DNA of 36,065 bases, taken from NCBI GenBank assembly GCA_001914705.1, contig MNDB01000071.1, positions 1 to 36,065 on the forward strand, in the 5' to 3' direction. Both the position numbers and the translations under genes were made by a program. Within the stretch, counting starts at the first letter, position 1. The number at the start of each line of letters is the position of its first letter. Positions 1-8,263 of this stretch are shown one piece after another. The stretch comes from Actinobacteria bacterium 13_2_20CM_68_14 (lineage in GTDB: Bacteria > Actinomycetota > Thermoleophilia > Gaiellales > Gaiellaceae). The notes under the pieces were generated by a model. The model ran no database searches. It saw only the letters and a list, made by a program, of their open reading frames with translations, and had not been told where the DNA came from.

Positions 1-1569
1 GCCGTCCGCGCTCAGCTCCTCGGCGGAGCGGTCTTCCTCGACGTAGGCTGCGAGGACCTCGTCGAGGGCGGAATAGGGCGGCAGCGAATCCTCGTCCAGC
101 TGGTTGTCCCGCAGTTCTGCGCTCGGGGCCCGGTCGATGATCGTCTGCGGGATCAGCTCCTCGCCGGCCCGCTCGTTCAGGTGCCGGGCGAGCCGGAAGA
201 CGTCCGTCTTGAAGACGTCCTTGATCAAGGCGAAGCCGCCGGCCAGGTCGCCGTAGAGCGTGGCGTAGCCGACCGAGAGCTCAGACTTGTTGCCGGTCGC
301 GACCACGAGCCAGCCGAACTTGTTCGAGAGGGCCATCAGCAGCGTGCCCCGGATCCGGGCCTGCAGGTTCTCTTCGGTGAGGTCGTGCTCGAGGGCCGCG
401 AAGCTCTCGGCCAGCACGCTCTCGAACCCGTTGTAGATGTCGTCGATCGGCAGCTCGCGGAAGTCGGCGCCGAGATTCGCGGCGAGCCGCCTCGCGTCCG
501 CTCGAGTCTCCGCAGACGAGTAGCGCGACGGCATCGAGACGCAGTGGACCCGCCGAGGGCCGAGCGCCTCGACCGTGAGCGCCGCGGTGAGCGCCGAGTC
601 GATCCCGCCCGAGACGCCGACGACGACCTCGCCGAACCCGTTCTTGTCCACGTAGTCGCGCAGGCCCAGCTCGAGCCCGACGCGCATCTGCTCCAGCTCG
701 TCGAGCCGCGGTGCGATCAGCGCCTCCACGCGTTCGCGAGGCCCGTGCGCGGAGCCGACGTGAACGGCCGGGATGTCAGGGAGCTCGCGTCGGTCGCGGG
801 CCAGCGCCCGGCGGCGGACATCTCGGAGCCGGCGCCCGATCGCGTCGGCCGGCTCGATGTCGACGATGAGGAGCGCCTCCTCGAAGCTTGGCCCCCGCGC
901 GAGCAGATGGCCCTCCTCGTCCAGCACGAGCGAGTTTCCATCAAACAGGAGCTCGTCCTGGCCGCCGACGGAGTTGCAGAAGGCGACGAGACACGAGTTG
1001 TCGCGCGCGCGAGTGGCGAACATCTCCTGGCGCTCGCGGTCGCGAAGCAGGTGGAAGGGCGAGGCCGATAGGTTGACGAGCAGCTGCGCTCCGGCGAGGG
1101 CCAGGTCGGTCGCGGGCGGGCCGGGCTGCCACATGTCCTCGCAGATCGTTGGGCCGACGAGTGTGCCGTCGTGCTCGAGCAGAACGAGGTCGCGGCCGGT
1201 CGCGAAGTAGCGGTCCTCGTCGAAGACGCCGTAGTTGGGGAGGAAGCGCTTCCGGTAGATCGTCTTGATCTCGCCGGAGGCGCAGACTGCGCAGGCGTTG
1301 TAGAGATCGCGATCGAACCAAGGCACGCCGATCAGCGCGACAATTCCGCGCGCCCCGCGCGCGAGCGCCTCGGCCTTCGCCTGCGCCGCCTGCACGAAGC
1401 TCGGCCGCAGCAGCAGGTCCTCCGGCGGGTAGCCCGTGATCGCGAGCTCGGGGAAGACGACGAGGTCGGCCTGCTGTTCCTTGGCCTCCGCGAGCCGCCG
1501 TCCGATCCTCTCCGCGTTGCCGTCGAGATCGCCGACGACGGTGTTGATCTGGGCGAGAGCGAGCCTCAT
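1..1569 (-). CDS. nadE: Glutamine-dependent NAD+ synthetase; the C-terminus runs off the left window edge
   Basis: Hand translation of the minus strand from ATG at 1569 gives MRLALAQINTVVGDLDGNAERI...VVFPELAITGYPPEDLLL...ICEDMWQPGP (CN-hydrolase domain). It continues to ...VVVGVSGGIDSALTAAL... (PP-loop SGGxDS of the NAD synthetase domain) and ...ATGNKSELSVGYATLYGD.... The ORF is absent from the track because it has no stop inside the window. The track ORF 181..1071(+) is its antisense shadow. Confidence 0.9.
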   Translation of the reverse strand, partial: MRLALAQINTVVGDLDGNAERIGRRLAEAKEQQADLVVFPELAITGYPPEDLLLRPSFVQAAQAKAEALARGARGIVALIGVPWFDRDLYNACAVCASGEIKTIYRKRFLPNYGVFDEDRYFATGRDLVLLEHDGTLVGPTICEDMWQPGPPATDLALAGAQLLVNLSASPFHLLRDRERQEMFATRARDNSCLVAFCNSVGGQDELLFDGNSLVLDEEGHLLARGPSFEEALLIVDIEPADAIGRRLRDVRRRALARDRRELPDIPAVHVGSAHGPRERVEALIAPRLDELEQMRVGLELGLRDYVDKNGFGEVVVGVSGGIDSALTAALTVEALGPRRVHCVSMPSRYSSAETRADARRLAANLGADFRELPIDDIYNGFESVLAESFAALEHDLTEENLQARIRGTLLMALSNKFGWLVVATGNKSELSVGYATLYGDLAGGFALIKDVFKTDVFRLARHLNERAGEELIPQTIIDRAPSAELRDNQLDEDSLPPYSALDEVLAAYVEEDRSAEELSADG

Positions 1570-1574
1570 CGTTA

Positions 1575-1597
1575 GTTTTAGACTATCAGTCTAAAAC
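1575..1597. promoter_or_regulatory. Perfect AT-rich inverted repeat GTTTTAGACT-atc-AGTCTAAAAC in the 32-bp gap between the SDR stop and the nadE start; candidate operator
   Basis: The two 10-nt arms are perfectly complementary with a 3-nt spacer. It is the most AT-rich spot in a 70% GC region. On the minus strand it overlaps TAnnnT-like hexamers (TAGACT, TAGTCT) about 10 nt upstream of the nadE ATG, and no SD is visible. Confidence 0.45.
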
Positions 1598-1601
1598 CTG
1601 A

Positions 1602-2366
1602 CTACCGCTGGAGCCGGATCGCGTTCAAGTCGCGTTCCTGGATCTCGTCGGCCCGGCGGATCAGCTCGTCGACGTCGTCGTGCTCGGCGTGGATGTAACG
1701 GCCGGAAAGCACATCCGCTCGCCCCGAGGCCAGCGCGCGTACTAACCGCGGCGCAAGCTCGGGCGGAGTCCAGGGCGCGTCGTCGGGAGCCGCCTTCGTC
1801 ATCTCCGTCTTGACCAGGCCGGGGCTGATCACGAAGACCGGGATCCGGCCTTCGAGCTGGTCGGCAAGCACGTTTCCGAATCGCCAGACAGCAGCCTTGC
1901 TCGACGAGTATGCGGTGCTGCCGGAGTGGGGAAGGTACGAGGCGCCGCTGCCGGTGATGACGATGCGCCCTCCCCCTCCCTCGAGCATCCCGGGGATCAC
2001 GGCCCGGCAGCAGAGGTAGACGCCGAAGACGTTGACCTCGAAGACGTTCCACCAGTCGCCGGGATCGACCTCCCACGCTTTCTGCTCGCGGACGTTTCGC
2101 CCAGCGTTTGCGACAAGGAGGTCGATCGGGCCCAGCTCAGCCTCCACCTGCTCGACCATCGACTCGACGGCGGCACGGTCGGTGACGTCGGCGACGATCG
2201 CGAGGCCGCCGATCTCGCGGGCGACCGCCTCCACCTGGTCGGGGGTGCGGGCGCTGACGGCGACGCGCGCTCCTGCCGCGGCGAGCTCGCGCGCAATGCC
2301 CTCGCCGACTCCCCGTCCGCCGCCCGTGACGAGGGCGATCTGGCCGTCGAGCTCGCTTTCGCTCAC
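1602..2366 (-). CDS. Short-chain dehydrogenase/reductase (SDR) family oxidoreductase
   Basis: Track ORF 1602..2393. It has the Rossmann motif ALVTGGGRGVGEGIA, NAG (LVANAG) and the catalytic YSSSK. The GTG at 2366 (VSESELDG...) is the preferred start. The ATG at 2393 is an alternative. Confidence 0.88.
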   Translation of the reverse strand: MSESELDGQIALVTGGGRGVGEGIARELAAAGARVAVSARTPDQVEAVAREIGGLAIVADVTDRAAVESMVEQVEAELGPIDLLVANAGRNVREQKAWEVDPGDWWNVFEVNVFGVYLCCRAVIPGMLEGGGGRIVITGSGASYLPHSGSTAYSSSKAAVWRFGNVLADQLEGRIPVFVISPGLVKTEMTKAAPDDAPWTPPELAPRLVRALASGRADVLSGRYIHAEHDDVDELIRRADEIQERDLNAIRLQR

Positions 2367-2452
2367 GGCCCGAGCATATGCGCACGGGCACATGGCGGTG
2401 TCGAGCCGGTCTGCTCCTTCCCGACCCTGGTCATTCGTGGCATCGTGGTCTG

Positions 2453-4417
2453 GTGAGCACGGATCCGCAGAGAGCCTCGACCCCTCAGGGACGGCAGCCG
2501 TCCGGAGCCCCGGAGAAGCCGAACGAACGGCCGCCCCGGTTCCGGATCACCTGGTGGTGGATCGCGGTCATTATCGGGCTGTTCGCGATCAACTACTACG
2601 CCGGCTCGCGTGCGACGTCGACGCCTTCGCGGGTGCGCGTGCCGTACAGCCCGTTCTTCCTCAAGCAGGTGTCCGACGGTCACGTCAAGGAGATCACGTC
2701 GAAAGGCACGGCGATTCAGGGCACGTTCACCCAGAAGGAGACTTTTGCCGGCTCGAAGCCGACGACCGTATTCAAGACTGAGGTCCCGGCCTTCGCGAAC
2801 ACGGACGCCCTCTCCCAGCTGCTGCAGAGCAAGAAGGTGGTCGTCAACGCTCAGCCGCTCCAGACGGGAACGCCGTGGTGGGAAAACCTGCTGCTCGGCT
2901 TCGGTCCAACGCTGCTGTTCCTCCTCCTACTCTTCTGGCTCGTCCGCCGGGCGGGCAACGTGCAAGGGATGCTCGGCGCGTTCGGGCGGTCGCGGGCGCG
3001 CCGCTACGAGCCTTCCGGCGACAAGGTGACGTTCGCCGATGTGGCCGGAATCGACGAGGCCAAGGAGGAGCTGGCCGAGGTGGTCGACTTCCTGCGCAAT
3101 CCGGACAAGTACCGGAAGCTCGGCGGCCGGATCCCCCACGGCGTGCTGCTCTCAGGGCCGCCCGGCACGGGCAAGACCCTGCTGGCGCGGGCGGTTGCGG
3201 GCGAGGCGAACGTGCCCTTCTTCTCGCTGTCGGCCTCTGAGTTCGTCGAGGCGATCGTCGGGATCGGCGCCTCGCGCGTCCGCGATCTGTTCGCGCAGGC
3301 GAAGGAGGCGGCGCCGGCGATCGTCTTCATCGACGAGCTCGACGCGATCGGGCGCTCCCGCACCTCCGGCGTCGCCGGCTTCAGCGGCGGCAACGACGAA
3401 CGGGAGCAGACGCTGAACCAGATCCTGACCGAGATGGACGGGTTCGACTCCTCGACCAGCGTGATCGTGATCGGCGCGACCAACCGGCCGGATGTGCTCG
3501 ACCAGGCGCTCCTACGACCCGGACGCTTCGACCGTCGGGTGTCGGTGCAGCCTCCCGACCGGAACGGACGGGAGCAGATCCTGAAGGTGCACACGCGAGG
3601 GGTGCCGCTCGGCCCCGACGTCGACCTCGGCAGGATCGCGGCGACGGCGCCGGGGATGGTCGGCGCCGATCTCGCCAACCTGGTCAACGAGGCGGCGCTG
3701 CTCGCCGCGCGCAGGAACCACGACGTCGTCACCGAGGCCGACTTCACCGACGCGCTCGAGCGAATCGTGCTGGGCGCCGAGCGACAGGTGTTGATGAGCC
3801 AGGAGGACAAGCGCCGGACCGCTTATCACGAGGGCGGCCACGCGATCGTGGGCATGCTCACCCCGGGCGCCGATCCTGTGCGCAAGATCTCGATCATTCC
3901 GCGCGGGGTATCGCTCGGGGTGACCTTTTCCGCGCCCGACGCCGACCGCTACAGCTACGAGCGGCGCGAGCTCGAGGCCAAGATCAAGGTCGCGCTCGGC
4001 GGCCGCTCCGCCGAAGAAATCGTCTTCGACGAGCCTACGACCGGAGCGGAATCCGACATCCAGCAGCTGACCGAAATCGCACGCCAGATGGTCGGCCGCT
4101 GGGGCATGAGCACCAAGATCGGGCCAGTCGCGGTGACGCCCGTCGACGGCCAGGGCCCGTTCCTCCCCGGCGCCGCCGAAGTCTCCCAGCACACCCAGGA
4201 GCTGATCGACGACGAGGTCCGGCGGATCGTCGACGCAGCGCACGAGGAGGTTGTCGTGCTGCTGAAGGACAACCGGGACAAGCTCGACTCGCTCGCCGCC
4301 GCGCTGCTCGAGCACGAGACGCTCGACGAAGACGAGGCCTACGCCGCCGCCCACGTCGAGAAGCGGACTGAAAGTACCGGCGTCGAGTTGGCAGCCGCTG
4401 CTCGAACGGCCGGCTAA
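2453..4417 (+). CDS. ftsH: ATP-dependent zinc metalloprotease FtsH
   Basis: Track ORF 2378..4417. It has an N-terminal TM ([16 protein letters not shown]), Walker A GPPGTGKT, Walker B IVFIDELD, the SRH ...[20 protein letters not shown] and the zinc motif HEGGHA. The start was chosen as GTG 2453 (VSTDPQ...); the upstream ATG 2378 is possible. Confidence 0.95.
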   Translation: MSTDPQRASTPQGRQPSGAPEKPNERPPRFRITWWWIAVIIGLFAINYYAGSRATSTPSRVRVPYSPFFLKQVSDGHVKEITSKGTAIQGTFTQKETFAGSKPTTVFKTEVPAFANTDALSQLLQSKKVVVNAQPLQTGTPWWENLLLGFGPTLLFLLLLFWLVRRAGNVQGMLGAFGRSRARRYEPSGDKVTFADVAGIDEAKEELAEVVDFLRNPDKYRKLGGRIPHGVLLSGPPGTGKTLLARAVAGEANVPFFSLSASEFVEAIVGIGASRVRDLFAQAKEAAPAIVFIDELDAIGRSRTSGVAGFSGGNDEREQTLNQILTEMDGFDSSTSVIVIGATNRPDVLDQALLRPGRFDRRVSVQPPDRNGREQILKVHTRGVPLGPDVDLGRIAATAPGMVGADLANLVNEAALLAARRNHDVVTEADFTDALERIVLGAERQVLMSQEDKRRTAYHEGGHAIVGMLTPGADPVRKISIIPRGVSLGVTFSAPDADRYSYERRELEAKIKVALGGRSAEEIVFDEPTTGAESDIQQLTEIARQMVGRWGMSTKIGPVAVTPVDGQGPFLPGAAEVSQHTQELIDDEVRRIVDAAHEEVVVLLKDNRDKLDSLAAALLEHETLDEDEAYAAAHVEKRTESTGVELAAAARTAG

Positions 4418-4434
4418 CGCGCTCGCTTGGTCGG

Positions 4435-6372
4435 CTAACCGCGCACGACCGCTTCGATCTCCGCAAGCGTCTCCGGATTCTCGAGCGAAGAGAGGTCGCC
4501 GGGATCGGCCCCGACCGCCTTCGCACGCACCGCGCGCCTGACGATCTTCGCGCTGCGCGTCTTCGGTAGCGCGCCGACGAAGAGGATCCGTTCGGGCGCG
4601 AAGGCCTTGCCGAGCTCCGCAGACACGAGCGCCCGCAGCTCGGCCTCGAGCTCCTCGGAGGGCTCGGCTCCCGGCACGAGCGCGCAGAAGATCCAGGCCG
4701 TCTCGCCCTTGACCTCGTGCGGGACCCCGACCGCCGCAGCCTCCGCGACCACCGGATGAGCTACGACGGCCGACTCGAGCTCGGCCGGCCCGACCCGCTT
4801 GCCGGCGATGTTGAGCGTGTCGTCCGAGCGCCCGTGGAGGAACCAGTACCCGTCCTCGTCGATCGAGGCCCAGTCGCCGTGCACCCAGACACCGGGCAGC
4901 CGGCGCCAGTAGGTATCGAGGTAGCGCTCCGGGTCGCGCCAGAACCCGCGCGTCATGCCGGGGAACGGCTTGCGGCAGACGAGCTCGCCGACCTCGCCGC
5001 GGACCGGCCTGCCCTCGGCGTCGACGACGTCCATCGCCATCCCGAGCGCCGGTCCCCCGAGCGAGCACGCCTTGATCGGCTCCGCGAGACACGCCGACAG
5101 AAAGCAGGCGCCGACCTCGGTTCCGCCAGAGCAGTTGATGATCGGGCAGCGGCCGCCGCCGACAACCTCGTGGAGCCAGCGGTACGGCTCCGGATTCCAG
5201 GGCTCGCCGGTCGTCACGAGCACGCGCAGTGACGACAGGTCATGCTGCTCGACGAGCTCCCGGCCGTGCGGGATCAGCGCGCGCGTCAGCGTCGGCGAGA
5301 GCCCGAGGACGGCGATTTGCTCACGCTCGACCAGCGACCACAGCCGGTCGGCCGCCGGCCAGTCCGGGGCGCCCTCGGCGAACAGCACCGTGCACCCGAG
5401 CGCGTTCCCGCCCACGACTTCCCAGGGGCCCATGATCCAGCCCATGTCGGTCACGAAGTGGACGACCTCGCCGGCCTTGGCGTCTGCCTGGTAGGCGACC
5501 TCGCGCGTGATCGAGACGAGGAACCCGCCCTGGACGTGGACGACGCCCTTCGGCTTGCCGGTCGTGCCTGAGGTGTAGGTGAGCAGGTATGGGTGCTCGG
5601 AGTCGACCTGGAGCGGCTCGAGCGTGCCCGGCCGCCCCTCCATCGCGTCGGCGTCGAAGAGGTCGCGACCTCGGGTCATCGGAACGTCGTCGCGACCGAG
5701 CCGCCGCCAGACGACGACGTGCTCGACCGATGGCGACTCCCGAGCCGCTTCGTCGACGATCTCCTTCATCGGCACCTCCCGGCCGCGCCGCAGCGAGCCG
5801 TCGGCGGTGACGACCACCTTCGCCTCGGCGTCCTGCAGCCGCTGCGCCACCGCGGGGGCGGCGAAGCCGGAGAAGACGGGCACCTGCACCGCGCCGACGT
5901 GAGCACAGGCGTGCGAGACGATCGAGACCTCGGGCGACATCGGGAGGAAGTAGGCGACGCGGTCGCCCGGCTCGACCCCGAGCGAGACGAGGGCCTCCGC
6001 GAAGCGGGTCACCCGCTCGGAAAGCTCCCGGTAGGTGAGCCCATGGCGCTCGCCGTCCTCCGACTCCCAGTTCGCGGCCGCAACCTCGGGCGTCCGCTCG
6101 GCCCAGCGGTGCACGCAATTCCAGGCGAGGTTGAGCTTGCCGCCGACGAACCAGGTCGCCCATTCCGGCCCGCGCGAGAGATCCACGACGCGGTCCCACT
6201 GTTGCGAGAACTCCAGTCCCATGTCCTCGATCGCAGCCGGCCAGAACCAGTCCGGATCCTGCGCGGAGCGACGCTGCAGCTCGCGATAGTTGTCGACGCC
6301 GAGCCGCCCCATCAGGCGAACGACGTTCGCTTGCTCGAGCACCTCGGGCGTCGGGGTCCAGACGATCTCCAT
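4435..6372 (-). CDS. AMP-forming acyl/acetyl-CoA synthetase family ligase (Acs-like)
   Basis: Track ORF 4435..6624, trimmed to ATG 6372 (MEIVWTPTPEV...). It has WFVGGKLNLAWNCVHRW, the AMP-binding motif YTSGTTGKPKGV, GDWASIDEDGYWFLHGRSDDTLNIAGKRVGPAELE and a C-terminal LPKTRSAKIVRR. The 84 codons upstream overlap the divergent MFS gene and look non-coding. Confidence 0.88.
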   Translation of the reverse strand: MEIVWTPTPEVLEQANVVRLMGRLGVDNYRELQRRSAQDPDWFWPAAIEDMGLEFSQQWDRVVDLSRGPEWATWFVGGKLNLAWNCVHRWAERTPEVAAANWESEDGERHGLTYRELSERVTRFAEALVSLGVEPGDRVAYFLPMSPEVSIVSHACAHVGAVQVPVFSGFAAPAVAQRLQDAEAKVVVTADGSLRRGREVPMKEIVDEAARESPSVEHVVVWRRLGRDDVPMTRGRDLFDADAMEGRPGTLEPLQVDSEHPYLLTYTSGTTGKPKGVVHVQGGFLVSITREVAYQADAKAGEVVHFVTDMGWIMGPWEVVGGNALGCTVLFAEGAPDWPAADRLWSLVEREQIAVLGLSPTLTRALIPHGRELVEQHDLSSLRVLVTTGEPWNPEPYRWLHEVVGGGRCPIINCSGGTEVGACFLSACLAEPIKACSLGGPALGMAMDVVDAEGRPVRGEVGELVCRKPFPGMTRGFWRDPERYLDTYWRRLPGVWVHGDWASIDEDGYWFLHGRSDDTLNIAGKRVGPAELESAVVAHPVVAEAAAVGVPHEVKGETAWIFCALVPGAEPSEELEAELRALVSAELGKAFAPERILFVGALPKTRSAKIVRRAVRAKAVGADPGDLSSLENPETLAEIEAVVRG

Positions 6373-6412
6373 CTCGCGAGAAGCGTAGTGCTCGGTAACC
6401 TGGCCCGATCCG

Positions 6413-7852
6413 ATGAGAGCAGCGATCTTCGCCGACGAGAACCGTAAGTGGTGGACGCTGGGGGCGCTCTCGTTCGCCCTGTTCATGATCATGCTCGACA
6501 ACACGATCGTGAACGTCGCCCTGCCGGCGATCAAGAGCGACCTCGGGATCGGGACCTCGGAGCTCGAGTGGGTCGTGACGGCGTACGCACTGACCTTCGC
6601 GGTGCTCCTGCTCACCGGCGGCAAGCTCGGCGACCTCTACGGGCGGCGCTTGATCTTCACGATCGGTCTCATCGTCTTCACGGTCTCCTCGCTCGCCTGT
6701 GGCCTCTCGTCCAGCGCCACCGAGCTGATCGCCGCGCGCGCGGTGCAGGGCGTCGGCTCCGCGCTGATGATGCCGGCGACGCTTTCGATCATCAGCGCGA
6801 CGTTTGCGGCACGCGAACGCGGGATGGCGATCGGGATCTGGGCCGGGGTCTCGGCGATGGCGCTCGCGATCGGGCCGCTGCTCGGCGGCGTCATCACCGA
6901 GCACATCTCCTGGAACTGGATCTTCTACGTCAACGTCCCGATCGGGATCCTCGCCGTCGTCGCCAGCATCGTCGTGGTGCCTGAATCGAAGGACAGCTCG
7001 CGAGAGCAGCGGCTCGACCTGCCGGGTCTGCTCACGTCCGGGATCGGCCTGCTGGCGCTCGTCTACGCACTGATCGAGGCGCACAGCTTCGGGTGGACGT
7101 CGGCGCGGATCCTCAGCCTCTTCGTCATCGCGGCGGTCGCGCTGGCCGCCTTCGTCTACGTCGAGATGCATCAGCGGCTGCCGATGCTCGACCTCGCCCT
7201 CTTCCGCAACGGGACCTTCACGGGGGCGAACATTGTCGCGATCCTCGTCACGCTCGCGATGTTCGGGATCTTCGTCTTCTTCCCGATCTACATGCAGACC
7301 TTCCTCGGCTGGTCGCCGATCCAGGCGGGCGCTGCGCTACTGCCGTGGACGATCCTGATCGTCATCTTCGCTCCGATCGCCGGCAAGCTCTCCGACCGCG
7401 TCGGCTCACGCTGGCTGATCGCGGGCGGGATGACGACCGTGGCGCTCTGCTGCCTCGAGCTCTCGACCGTGACTGTCAACTCCGGGTTCTGGCAGATGCT
7501 CCCCGGCTTCATGCTCGGCGGCCTCGGGATGGCGTTCGTGATGACGCCGATGTCCGCGGCCGTCATGGGCGCGGCGCCTGTCGACAAAGCGGGGGTCGCC
7601 TCGGGCGTGCTCAACACCTTTCGGCAGGTCGGCGTCGCGCTCGGGATCGCGATCATGGGCGCGATCATCACGAACCGCGAGGCGGCGGCCGCCCGCGCCG
7701 GCGCCGACCCGCCGCACGCCTTCGTCCACGGCCTGACCTTCGGGATGCGCGTCAGCGCCGTGATCTGCCTCGGCGGCGCGCTCGCGGCGGCGGCGCTCAT
7801 CCGCAAGTACCGCTACGCCGAGCAAGCGCAGCCGCTGGCCGAAGCGGCCTGA
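6413..7852 (+). CDS. MFS transporter, DHA2 (EmrB/QacA-like, about 14 TMS) drug/H+ antiporter family
   Basis: The 479-aa ORF reads WWTLGALSFALFMIMLDNTIVNVALPAI, then LGDLYGRRLIF (MFS motif A-like), followed by many hydrophobic segments. It is divergent from the Acs-like gene with a 40-bp gap. Confidence 0.85.
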   Translation: MRAAIFADENRKWWTLGALSFALFMIMLDNTIVNVALPAIKSDLGIGTSELEWVVTAYALTFAVLLLTGGKLGDLYGRRLIFTIGLIVFTVSSLACGLSSSATELIAARAVQGVGSALMMPATLSIISATFAARERGMAIGIWAGVSAMALAIGPLLGGVITEHISWNWIFYVNVPIGILAVVASIVVVPESKDSSREQRLDLPGLLTSGIGLLALVYALIEAHSFGWTSARILSLFVIAAVALAAFVYVEMHQRLPMLDLALFRNGTFTGANIVAILVTLAMFGIFVFFPIYMQTFLGWSPIQAGAALLPWTILIVIFAPIAGKLSDRVGSRWLIAGGMTTVALCCLELSTVTVNSGFWQMLPGFMLGGLGMAFVMTPMSAAVMGAAPVDKAGVASGVLNTFRQVGVALGIAIMGAIITNREAAAARAGADPPHAFVHGLTFGMRVSAVICLGGALAAAALIRKYRYAEQAQPLAEAA

Positions 7853-7945
7853 ACCCGACAGACCTCGCCGGCCGCGGGCCGCATCGTCAAGGACAGCGGT
7901 CCCGATGCCGAAGCAAAGGTATTCATGTGCAGCGCTTTCGGCGAC

Positions 7946-8123
7946 AAAAATGAAAGGCCCCGGCTGCGGCACCCGGGGCCTTTCTATCTAGTTGAGCGGC
8001 TTCTAGAGGCGACGACCCGGAAGCTATGACTCTGCGGCCCAGCCACCGCTTCCGGGTATCCGTCGCCATTCCTTGGCGCGCCCCCTGCAGCTCCGACCTG
8101 GCGTCCGGCGGTGCTGCAGAGTT
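7946..8123 (-). ncRNA. Candidate small non-coding RNA (about 175-180 nt), family unknown
   Basis: It is bounded by a near-consensus promoter (next feature) and the terminator at 7952..7984 plus its U-tract. Strong internal hairpins are present, for example CUCUGCAGC...GCUGCAG and GGCGACG-gaua-CCCGGAAGC...GCUUCCGGG-u-CGUCGCC. The only ATG ORF (49 codons) has no spaced SD and reads through the terminator. Ends are +/- a few nt. Confidence 0.55.
7952..7984. terminator. Bidirectional intrinsic terminator hairpin (12-bp GC-rich stem)
   Basis: The stem is GAAAGGCCCCGG / CCGGGGCCTTTC with loop ctgcggcac. On the minus strand it is followed by AUUUUU (7951..7946). On the plus strand it is followed by uaucua after the UUUC of the stem. 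Confidence 0.75.
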
Positions 8124-8128
8124 GCCTG

Positions 8129-8157
8129 ACTATAGACCTGTCCCCGGAGGTCGTCAA
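8129..8157 (-). promoter_or_regulatory. Sigma-70/SigA-type promoter TTGACG-N17-TATAGT driving the candidate sRNA
   Basis: On the minus strand the -35 TTGACG lies at 8157..8152, the spacer is exactly 17 nt, and the -10 TATAGT lies at 8134..8129. A purine about 6-7 nt downstream (about 8123) is the likely TSS. Confidence 0.6.
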
Positions 8158-8263
8158 GTAGCTCGATCAAGTGATTTTCAGGCTCGGCGCTTGACTCGTT
8201 TTTCGCGCGTACATGCCCCTTTAGGGGGAGGACGGAATGGCCAGGGTTGCTTATTGGTGAAGT

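Noticed and set aside
181-1071. 296-aa plus-strand ORF, along with 773..1210 and 1171..1575
   Set aside because: They lie antisense to a clearly recognisable nadE reading frame. The composition is Arg/Glu/Asp-rich, typical of shadow ORFs in 70% GC DNA, and no motifs are present.
3512-7171. Very long minus-strand ORFs 3512..5092 (526 aa) and 5321..7171 (616 aa)
   Set aside because: They are Arg/Gly/Ala/Pro-rich, low-complexity translations that overlap ftsH, the Acs-like gene and the MFS gene in alternative frames or on the opposite strand. They are high-GC stop-codon-poor artefacts.
7946-8123. Identification of the candidate sRNA as SRP RNA, 6S RNA, tmRNA, RNase P RNA or 6C RNA
   Set aside because: A CCAGGUC...GCCAAGG resemblance to 4.5S RNA is superficial, because there is no GNRA-capped helix 8 with an AGCA/GGAA internal loop. 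The 5' and 3' ends do not pair into a 6S-like closing stem. There is no GAGGAAAGUCC motif, no tRNA-like end and no C-rich loops.
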